Source: a virus (Duplodnaviria > Caudoviricetes). Taken from it: 64,000 bases of DNA. Location: positions 148,669-212,668 of IMG/VR virus record IMGVR_UViG_3300037067_019009. One strand, given 5' to 3'. A program made the translations under genes and the position numbers. Numbering within the stretch: position 1 is the first letter of the stretch; every line of letters starts with the position of its first letter. Below the pieces are notes generated by a model, which saw nothing but the letters and a program-made list of their open reading frames with translations, was not told the origin of the DNA and did no database searches. Positions 56,399 to 64,000 of the stretch are shown here, one piece after another.

Positions 56399-58381
56399 AT
56401 GAGCTACGCCCCTCTATATTCTACTGACTTCTATAATTCGCAGTACGGCAAAGTAATAGTCAACGGAGACTATGCAATCGTAACTGGTACCGCGTCTGTG
56501 ACAGGCACTCTTGATCTGTACGGTAGCGATATACAGTCCGGTATCTGCTGGGACTCTACCGCTACCCCAACAAGTACTTGGCTAGCATCCAGCAACTGGA
56601 TTGAACTCTCGTCTGGCCCGTGTGTAGTTTTTACTCCGACTGATAGCCCCGCAGCGTCTAATTATATGGCCACGCTGTATATAAACTGGGAGGGCGCGAC
56701 GTCCAGCGAAGATGGGTCTGGGGAGGCCGCGGTGTTTGTCAAGTATACTGATGGTTCTACCGGCGAGGTAGCCTATATGGGCGGAGTAATGCCGAGTGGC
56801 TGGTTAGTATCGAGACTGGGGTATAGAACATTCATAGATAACAACGAAGCATGGACGGCAACAAAGCCCGTTTCTGGCTTCTTGCTCGGGTTTAGGAATA
56901 GTGATTCAGAGAAAGGCTGCACTTTACGAAACTGGCGATTCTTCGAATCGACTACCGCCTCCCCTACAGGGTCAGGATACATAAGTGACGCGACGACTAG
57001 CTCTATTACCTATACCTCCAGCATAACCGGAGCTGCAACCGATACCGGGAGGCGCTCACAGGTAATCTATCTAGAGAGTTGGCCACATGCGGCGGAGGAG
57101 GACCAGGTAGTATCTATTCCCGCGTCCGCTGTATATTCAGACGCCATAGTGTTCACCGGTTTAAACGCTGGCTGCTATGGTGGGCCCGTAGCTATCTATG
57201 ATGGGTATGGCAACAAAGGATATCTAGACGGCGTAGATTACGCTATGACTGATATCGGCGTAGACATCACGACCGATATGACTACTGGAGTAGATGGATA
57301 TTCTAGAGTCAGCCTGGATATTTTGTTTGCGGATACATGCAGCCAATGTCCTAGTGCGGGTGCATTTACACAGCACTACTATTACGTGTCTTCCTCAATA
57401 GATGGCGGGAGCACCTATACTTGCGAAGCTACAGGATCTTATGGTGTAGTTAGTCTAGGAGACCTGCTGTGCTCTTTCCCAGACAGCGACTCCAACCAAC
57501 TAGCAGGTATAATGTGGGCCCCAGAGCAGCTGTTTAAAGTAGGAATGCAGCTAAGCAGGTACTACCCAGACCTACTCTACGGGTTAGGTGATTCTGCCGT
57601 GCCTGGTGAGGTTTACGCTAATGTAGAGTACTTATACGCTGGTACGGATAGCAGTGACCCTCAGATAACCAGTATACTTGCGCGAGCGTGGGGCAGAGAT
57701 ATCTACGTAGTAGCTAGTGGATATAGCCTATCCGGTCTGGATGCTATAATCTTTTATCAAGGCAGTTACTCAGATCCAGTAGAGACCTATGCGCCGTTTG
57801 CTACCAGTTTTCTGGATGGCGATATCGAGGCGGAGTGTTCACAGCACTATTCCACTTCGGCTACTGGAGTCTATGGCGTTTGTGCAAGGGCGGTTTCTGA
57901 TAGTGGAAGCGAGTCGGCTTTGTCACGGGTAGTACGCGTGGCAGTCGATAGTACAGATGAAATCTCTCTGCCAGTAGATTATGACGATCCAACAATAACA
58001 GCCCAAATAATAGACAATTCCTATGTGGCTATTGCGTGGAGTGGTCTAGATGCATTTATGCCGCGGACTTATGGCGTTCCAAATAGCATAGTAAATATAG
58101 TCATCAAGCGCAGATCTCCGGGAGAGGCTGGGTATACAGTAATCGCTACGCTTGGGGCGGAGGCCACCAGTTATATGGACTACGCTCTTACTGTAGTTGG
58201 AATGTATGATTACATTATAGAATTTATAGATTATAGAGATTTGGTATCGACGGCAGCCATTCAAGCCTATCTTTCTCAAGTGCTTCCAATAAGCCATGTG
58301 CCTTTTTTGGAGCGCTATATGGGTATGATTCCCAAATGGACTGCCGCCACATCTAAACGTTTAGCTGGGGGGACTCCTTAG
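56399..58381 (+). CDS. Acidic Ser/Thr-rich beta protein with C-terminal Fn3-like domains (distal tail)
   Basis: YGVCARAVSDSGSESALS; AIAWSG...IKRRSPG...TSYMDY...YDYIIE. Confidence 0.55.
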   Translation: MSYAPLYSTDFYNSQYGKVIVNGDYAIVTGTASVTGTLDLYGSDIQSGICWDSTATPTSTWLASSNWIELSSGPCVVFTPTDSPAASNYMATLYINWEGATSSEDGSGEAAVFVKYTDGSTGEVAYMGGVMPSGWLVSRLGYRTFIDNNEAWTATKPVSGFLLGFRNSDSEKGCTLRNWRFFESTTASPTGSGYISDATTSSITYTSSITGAATDTGRRSQVIYLESWPHAAEEDQVVSIPASAVYSDAIVFTGLNAGCYGGPVAIYDGYGNKGYLDGVDYAMTDIGVDITTDMTTGVDGYSRVSLDILFADTCSQCPSAGAFTQHYYYVSSSIDGGSTYTCEATGSYGVVSLGDLLCSFPDSDSNQLAGIMWAPEQLFKVGMQLSRYYPDLLYGLGDSAVPGEVYANVEYLYAGTDSSDPQITSILARAWGRDIYVVASGYSLSGLDAIIFYQGSYSDPVETYAPFATSFLDGDIEAECSQHYSTSATGVYGVCARAVSDSGSESALSRVVRVAVDSTDEISLPVDYDDPTITAQIIDNSYVAIAWSGLDAFMPRTYGVPNSIVNIVIKRRSPGEAGYTVIATLGAEATSYMDYALTVVGMYDYIIEFIDYRDLVSTAAIQAYLSQVLPISHVPFLERYMGMIPKWTAATSKRLAGGTP

Positions 58382-61300
58382 TGCTGTATATACAGTATGG
58401 TGAAGATATAACAAGGACATACTCAGCTAGTTACGAGTTTAGTTCTTATGATACGGAGCGTGTAGCCTATCTTATAGATCTTGATATTGAGACTGGTTAC
58501 TACATATCTGAGACTACCTCTACTCTTGCTACGGAAAGTATTAACAGTGAGCTTACATTATCACTAGGCACACTGACGTTTTCTGGGCCAGAACGGTCAT
58601 GGAATGGGACTACGCTGAGTTTCCTTTTCTCTGTGCAGGACTCTGCCGGGGGGTATGAGGATGGCCCATCGCTTGTTTACCCCAGTGCTGATGTTTATGG
58701 TGAGTGTGGTGTATTTACCGAGACTGCTGTAGACTATTCCGGAATAGTGAATATCACGGTATCTGAGATTTGGGTTCCTGTTTTATGTTTGACCGATAAT
58801 GCTGAGGCTACTAACTATACTAGCTACATGCTATGCAGGAGGGGCTTCCCTACTTGGACTCTCAGTGTATCAGGCTCTTTTGGGAGTTACAACTGGTCAT
58901 CTGAAAGTCCGGGAGAAGGAAACACCTGGTACTCGAGTGAGCTAGCTGCACTCTTAGTTAACCCGCAGCTTGGTGATGTGGTTGTAGCGGCGAATGCTAG
59001 CATATCTGATATCTATGAGGGATCGACTGCTGATGCCACTGTATATGTAGAATCAAGTATTCCATTAAGTATTCCCACTACGACGATAGAAGGGGTGGGA
59101 GATAGTTACGCGAGTGTCCAGCCGTATGGCGATGGGATAGTGGTATCGGCCAGGGCGTACACTTTAGGAAATCCCTATCATGACGCTTGTGATCCTGCCA
59201 TAGGTAATGACAACATAAGTTACCTAGCACAGGGTGCGATGTCTCCTACGCTTTCTATTGACGTTCCTCCTATAACTATCAATATGTCGGCCTCCTCTCG
59301 TGGTCCAGAACAAGAGCTGCCAGTAGATTCCTTATGTGCTAGTATACGTCCCAATTCTACATGGGAGTGGGAGGTAGCTAATGGGGATAAGGTTTTCGAT
59401 CTGCATGGTGACTACGATTTATCTATAATATCTTCTGTCATAGAAATATCGGGCCTGACCACTGGTGATAGGGAGGATGTACAGGAGTTAGCCGTGGCTG
59501 TCAGCGGAGATTCTAAAGCGGCCACTGGAGTAACGGAAACAGCGTTCGTTTATGGAGTCAACGATAGCGTAGACTGGGATGCTGCTTTTCCGATATCGTG
59601 GCCGGAAGGCATGACCAGAACATTCTCATGGATAAGCGACCCTCTAGAAAGTGTCGTAGATGTTATCGCGCTCACGTCTGATTCAACAGTCTCAAACTCT
59701 ACAGGGCTTCCGCACACACATGCTACACCCGGCACTAGTACGTTTACCGTACCGGCTTCCTCGTTAGGAGGAGCTTCCTACTACATAGGAAAAAACCTTC
59801 AGGTAGCGACTAGTTCTGCCGGGGCGGTCAGCTCCATAAAGCTACTTGGTCCAGTATTGTCATCTGGACTTAAACCTTACTGGAACATAAACACTACCGG
59901 TACTACGACTATCGATCTTCTCAACCCATCTTGGGATGGGGAGATAGGACAGACGGATTACTACACACGAAATGACTTGCCCGAATGGATATCCACACCA
60001 ACGTATACGTTTGAAACAGTAATGGCTCCAGGTGCAAGCGCTACAATTACAAGTCTCACTTTAGTGAATAGAGAGCCTGGTGTCATACGAACGGACATGG
60101 GATGGTTTTCCGTAATCGATGATATGCCAACGGATACGGAGGTTCTCGGTTCCGCGGACTGGGAAGCGTTGCTGGATACTCTCGTTACTCTGGACGGAGT
60201 AGCAACGGCCACTATGGTGGCTTCACCTAGCTCCTCTGGAGATATTATAGACTACCTTTATCAGGGAGAGACTACAATAATAGGGGAACCTCTTCACTCC
60301 TCCGCAATCTTATGCAGGAGAGAAGGAACAGATATACTGAATGGTTATGATATCTTGCCATTTTATGTTAGTGTTCCTGGAAACCTGTCGGCGGTTGTGA
60401 AACTTGATACTACTAAGATAGATCAGTACTCCACGTTATTTTCTACGGGGGTAATAGACCTTACATATAATATTTACAATGTGGCTTTTGTTGGCGGGGT
60501 ATGCAGGAGATTTCCTGGTCCTCTAGACTGCCCAGTGGAAATAACTCCAGGGCTGTCGGGAGAACCTTTCGAGTTTACCGGAGTTGATGGTTGTCTGCCT
60601 GTGTACTATGACGTGGCGTACGGTACTCTAATATCCAATACAGCCGTGGGAGCTACGGGAAGTTACCTATATCCGCCTCTTACAATCCTGTGGTTCGAGC
60701 AAGAGGCTCCACCAGAGCCCCCGGGATGGGAAGATCCATTCGTACAACCGGAGGAGACGGCTGCTACTACTCCAGATCCCTATACTCCCCCGGATTCCAG
60801 TACGCCTCCGGTATTGCGGCAGATACCAGCAGAAGAATATCTGGTGGTGTGTGATAAGGATAGCAGCTTTTTAAAAATATATAACCTGCACAACTGGTTG
60901 TACACTGGTTGGATCGAGGTTCTCTATGGTGGCGGGTATCCGGTAATGGTGAGTAGAGACTCAGTCGGGAACTTATATGCATTAATAGACGAAACTACTC
61001 CTACGCACGTAGTTAATATTCCCGTATCGGGAAGTCAGGTGGATCTTATAGTTGCCGGAGTAGACTATGCTAAAGTTCATTCCGCTAAAGTATTGGATGA
61101 CTACCTTTGGGTTTTGGCTTCCCATGCGGATGGAAGAGTTATACTGATCAAGCATACTTTAGGTGGGGTTGAAGAGTTATCCATAGATACCGGGTGGGAA
61201 GCGGTAGGAGACCACAGAGGGGGAGCAGTGTCCCATGATAGCGACGGTGTTATCTATGTCGCCATCAGCAGCTCATGGAATGCCTCCGACGAAAGTTTAC

Positions 61301-63255
61301 TGAAAATAGCACGCTGCCATTCTGACGGCACCGGATGGGAAGAAATTGTAGCAGAGGAGTTGGAGGAAATTTCCTGGCCTACGGAGATTTCCATGGAGAT
61401 CATCTATGATCGCATCTATGTTGGAATGGGTATAACTCCCGCCAGCTCGGCTCCTTGGAGAGTTTATAATCTGGACGGTTCCGGTTTACGCCTTGTAGGA
61501 ATCGGAGGAGGAGATGGATCTACCGCTGGTTATATACGAGCCGCGGCTGGGGGGTTTGCCTATAATGCTACGGCGTGTTTGCTGACACAGTATGTAAACC
61601 CACTATCCTCAGCGACCGGTTATATCGTTCATGTCTATGATTATGATGAGGACCTGTTCACATACATACATGTACCGGGCCTAACCAGTAGTGAGTATTC
61701 GGCGTTTTGGTCCCCTGGTACACAGAATATGTGCACCAAGTTATATGGGCCTAATGGTTACGGTATTACTGACACATCAGTAGCGTTATTCCTCGATTCA
61801 GAGTTTGGAAGAAACGCGAATTTCACTTGCTCTGCCGAAACCAGTGATGACTCTCTTTATAGAAAAGTGCTGGTGTCCCTTGGATTCGTGCCCCATACAG
61901 TTAAAGTCGACGCGAAATCAGCAGTAGATGCTGCTATACCTTCTATCATAGGAGTAGAGGATGACTCCTACCTATGGAAATCCGATATAGCGCTAGGCAT
62001 AGAGGATGAGGCCCAGATCGAAGTGAGGTTCGGACTATCTACGATAACTCCTCGTCGTGCGGCTACTGAGCGGGATTTCTTTTTAGCGACTGATCCGGTA
62101 TGGTATCCGGGGCGTTTTGTTGAAGAGCAGTTGGGATTAGCCTATGGTGATGCGTTAGTATATTTACGAAACTTAGAAGTAACGACGATCACAGTGGCAT
62201 GTTCTGGCGGGCTAGCCTATATAGGGGACGCCGATACTATATATGAAGATAGTGCTATTTATTATGAGCTTCCCCCAACGGATAAGGTAGGCCTTCCAAA
62301 AGAGCTTCATTGGAGAAAAGTATCACTAGACGCTCTAGTAAGAGACACCACGGTGTGGGCAACTATACCATACAGAGGCAATGTCAGTGTCAGATATCGT
62401 AGTAATGATTTAATAGAAGACTTGGAAACCTCCGCTACAGTGGTGCTTGCTGGAAGAGTAGAACGAGCTTTGGAAAGATTGACTTATCGCAACTCTCTTG
62501 ACGCGGTTGCTGGTATGTTATCACTCGAGCGGATAGACGACGAGACCAATACCAGTTTTCTTACAAGAATGCTGAACACGAGCAAATTGCCTGTAGGCTC
62601 TGATTATGGCAGCACTCCCTTCTTAGTGGCGAACGATCTCAGCCTAGTTTCGGTCATGACATGGAATGTGACAGGCGGAAATGACAGCGTAACTATGCCG
62701 GTCAATACACGTTTGGCTTATGTGCACAATCTGGTGGCCTCTGTTCCGGTAAGCGAGTGGCTTACCCAAGAAGTCATAGATGGGGAGTATTACTATTTTG
62801 GCAGCCGGAAGCATTGGTCTGATGGGTATGTTATTGTGGCTGATGGGGAGTATATAACAAACCCCTCAGTAGACACTACAAAAGGTATTGTGAGTGGTCT
62901 TGGGTCGCGTGGGAATGTGCATGCTCATTATCTAGCCAGCAACTTTTTAATATCATATGATGGTGAATATATAGACACCATTACTTCTATACCAGGAACC
63001 ACCCCCATCGGGGTATACTCCGTAGCGGCTGTAACATCCACGCAATGTGGGTCTTTGGGCATGACCGATTATATAGAAGATTTCTATACGGAAGATGGGT
63101 CGGTCACTGGCGCGTTGCAAGCTATAAGCAGCGTGATCAGTGAAGCTATTCCTATCGTGGTAGGAAAAGCGGCGTGGGGCCCTGCTACATGGTTTGATGA
63201 TAAGGACAAGACTCCGGTAGTAAGCAGCTTACCAACGCTGCTGGATGCAAGGTAA
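58381..63255 (+). CDS. Large baseplate/receptor-binding protein: beta-rich N-terminus, Pro linker, beta-propeller, wedge-like C-terminus
   Basis: YWTD/NHL-like blades at about 60830-61700; C-terminal ~430 aa paralogous to 54897..56396. Confidence 0.65.
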   Translation: MLYIQYGEDITRTYSASYEFSSYDTERVAYLIDLDIETGYYISETTSTLATESINSELTLSLGTLTFSGPERSWNGTTLSFLFSVQDSAGGYEDGPSLVYPSADVYGECGVFTETAVDYSGIVNITVSEIWVPVLCLTDNAEATNYTSYMLCRRGFPTWTLSVSGSFGSYNWSSESPGEGNTWYSSELAALLVNPQLGDVVVAANASISDIYEGSTADATVYVESSIPLSIPTTTIEGVGDSYASVQPYGDGIVVSARAYTLGNPYHDACDPAIGNDNISYLAQGAMSPTLSIDVPPITINMSASSRGPEQELPVDSLCASIRPNSTWEWEVANGDKVFDLHGDYDLSIISSVIEISGLTTGDREDVQELAVAVSGDSKAATGVTETAFVYGVNDSVDWDAAFPISWPEGMTRTFSWISDPLESVVDVIALTSDSTVSNSTGLPHTHATPGTSTFTVPASSLGGASYYIGKNLQVATSSAGAVSSIKLLGPVLSSGLKPYWNINTTGTTTIDLLNPSWDGEIGQTDYYTRNDLPEWISTPTYTFETVMAPGASATITSLTLVNREPGVIRTDMGWFSVIDDMPTDTEVLGSADWEALLDTLVTLDGVATATMVASPSSSGDIIDYLYQGETTIIGEPLHSSAILCRREGTDILNGYDILPFYVSVPGNLSAVVKLDTTKIDQYSTLFSTGVIDLTYNIYNVAFVGGVCRRFPGPLDCPVEITPGLSGEPFEFTGVDGCLPVYYDVAYGTLISNTAVGATGSYLYPPLTILWFEQEAPPEPPGWEDPFVQPEETAATTPDPYTPPDSSTPPVLRQIPAEEYLVVCDKDSSFLKIYNLHNWLYTGWIEVLYGGGYPVMVSRDSVGNLYALIDETTPTHVVNIPVSGSQVDLIVAGVDYAKVHSAKVLDDYLWVLASHADGRVILIKHTLGGVEELSIDTGWEAVGDHRGGAVSHDSDGVIYVAISSSWNASDESLLKIARCHSDGTGWEEIVAEELEEISWPTEISMEIIYDRIYVGMGITPASSAPWRVYNLDGSGLRLVGIGGGDGSTAGYIRAAAGGFAYNATACLLTQYVNPLSSATGYIVHVYDYDEDLFTYIHVPGLTSSEYSAFWSPGTQNMCTKLYGPNGYGITDTSVALFLDSEFGRNANFTCSAETSDDSLYRKVLVSLGFVPHTVKVDAKSAVDAAIPSIIGVEDDSYLWKSDIALGIEDEAQIEVRFGLSTITPRRAATERDFFLATDPVWYPGRFVEEQLGLAYGDALVYLRNLEVTTITVACSGGLAYIGDADTIYEDSAIYYELPPTDKVGLPKELHWRKVSLDALVRDTTVWATIPYRGNVSVRYRSNDLIEDLETSATVVLAGRVERALERLTYRNSLDAVAGMLSLERIDDETNTSFLTRMLNTSKLPVGSDYGSTPFLVANDLSLVSVMTWNVTGGNDSVTMPVNTRLAYVHNLVASVPVSEWLTQEVIDGEYYYFGSRKHWSDGYVIVADGEYITNPSVDTTKGIVSGLGSRGNVHAHYLASNFLISYDGEYIDTITSIPGTTPIGVYSVAAVTSTQCGSLGMTDYIEDFYTEDGSVTGALQAISSVISEAIPIVVGKAAWGPATWFDDKDKTPVVSSLPTLLDAR

Positions 63256-63259
63256 ATAT

Positions 63260-64000
63260 ATGGTTGATATTCCAGTCCCAGCCCCATACGTTACATATGT
63301 AACTTCACTTCCATGCACAGGTACGTACACCACCACCTCTACTGGAGAGTCTATAGATATATATGTACACTTTACTGAAGGCATTGAAGTTTCCGGTTCT
63401 CCCACTCTGTTGCTCAATGCTGGGGGCGCATGTTACTGTACTTATGTAGCTTCCGCATCAGGAGAGGCTAGCGGAGTGTTGAATCTGCGTTACACCACAG
63501 CTTCGGGAGATTATGTGCCTGGGGGAGGCCTCTTAGATTATACCTCCACTGCAGCGCTGTCCGGCTCAGTAGTGGGTGTGGATTCTGGTGAGGTCGGAGT
63601 CATGACGCTACCGGCTCCAGGTGAAGATGCTTCATTATCTGGCAGCTCTTGTATATACGTTGACACTCTTTGCCCATCCGCAAACAGAGTCATTTCCGAT
63701 ATACCTGCAGGCACTTATCAAGAAGGCAGTGTAATTCCGATTGTAATAGAGATGACTGAGCCTGTTATAGTTACTCCAGGTGACGGTCGTATGGCTCTAC
63801 TGCTGAATTGTGGGTCGACGGGAAACGCCGCCTATGCCTATTACGAGACTGGCAGTGGTACGGACAGACTTATTTTTAGCTATGTGGTAAGAGATGGCGA
63901 TGGGGCGGACCCTCTGGATGTGTACTCGAATAGCCTGGTTCTCGGCAACTGGAGCATGGCCGACAGCGTCGGTAATGAGGTCACCACTACTCTTTACGCT
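63260..64000 (+). CDS. Tandem Ig-like adhesin-repeat protein, 3'-truncated by window edge (absent from the ORF track)
   Basis: Open from ATG 63260 to the window end; two ~130-aa repeats (IDIYVHFTEGIEVSGSPTLLLN...; IPIVIEMTEPVIV...AYYETGSGTDRLIFSYVVRDGD...DSVGN). Confidence 0.7.
   Translation, partial: MVDIPVPAPYVTYVTSLPCTGTYTTTSTGESIDIYVHFTEGIEVSGSPTLLLNAGGACYCTYVASASGEASGVLNLRYTTASGDYVPGGGLLDYTSTAALSGSVVGVDSGEVGVMTLPAPGEDASLSGSSCIYVDTLCPSANRVISDIPAGTYQEGSVIPIVIEMTEPVIVTPGDGRMALLLNCGSTGNAAYAYYETGSGTDRLIFSYVVRDGDGADPLDVYSNSLVLGNWSMADSVGNEVTTTLYA

Larger units (their letters stand above)
1..64000 (+). mobile_element. Large myovirus-type phage (or plasmid-prophage) head/tail/baseplate module
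   Basis: Collinear TerL, portal, prohead protease, MCP, sheath, tube, chaperones, tape-measure-position gene, hub/lysin, gp25-like and baseplate J, all on the + strand; no cellular housekeeping genes. Confidence 0.95.

Noticed and set aside
58360-58383. Programmed -1 frameshift at GGGGGG fusing 56399..58381 to 58381..63255
   Set aside because: Not a canonical X XXY YYZ heptamer; the G-run is adequately explained as the SD for the overlapping GTG start
1-64000. tRNA, rRNA, integrase/att sites, or eCIS/tailocin identity
   Set aside because: Intergenic gaps are short with no cloverleaf signatures; no recombinase seen; terminase, portal and capsid genes show a true phage rather than a headless injection system

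Overview
The whole window is one + strand, densely packed late (virion morphogenesis) region of a large contractile-tailed bacteriophage or plasmid-prophage. No host genes, integrase, tRNA, rRNA or CRISPR array are visible. Gene order: five tandem GT2-type glycosyltransferases; a candidate small terminase and three small Gly/Ala-rich membrane-type proteins; large terminase; portal; holin-like protein; prohead protease; scaffold; decoration protein; HK97-fold major capsid protein; neck proteins; two sheath paralogs; three tube paralogs; tail chaperones. Next come a 2101-aa tape-measure-position protein, an accessory block (metallophosphoesterase, GT9-like protein, amidase, N4/N6 DNA methyltransferase, REase-fold protein) and a second 1821-aa giant protein. 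These are followed by a 2306-aa hub/tail lysin (SLT + M23), spike, gp25-like, GT4-SEC-C, baseplate J, duplicated wedge proteins and a truncated adhesin-like Ig-repeat protein. The most striking feature is the pair of giant proteins that embed DNA-processing domains. The 2101-aa protein has an intact Cas4/RecB-like PD-(D/E)XK nuclease plus a probably dead SNase OB-fold. The 1821-aa protein has an intact DEDDh exonuclease plus ExoX-C-like and PcrA-Tudor-like motifs. Both genes sit directly behind a terminator-like hairpin with no Shine-Dalgarno sequence, which suggests a low-copy, virion-delivered DNA-processing system. A second candidate system is multi-enzyme virion glycosylation (seven GTs from three families in the structural region). 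All assignments come from reading motifs and synteny by eye; no database searches were run.
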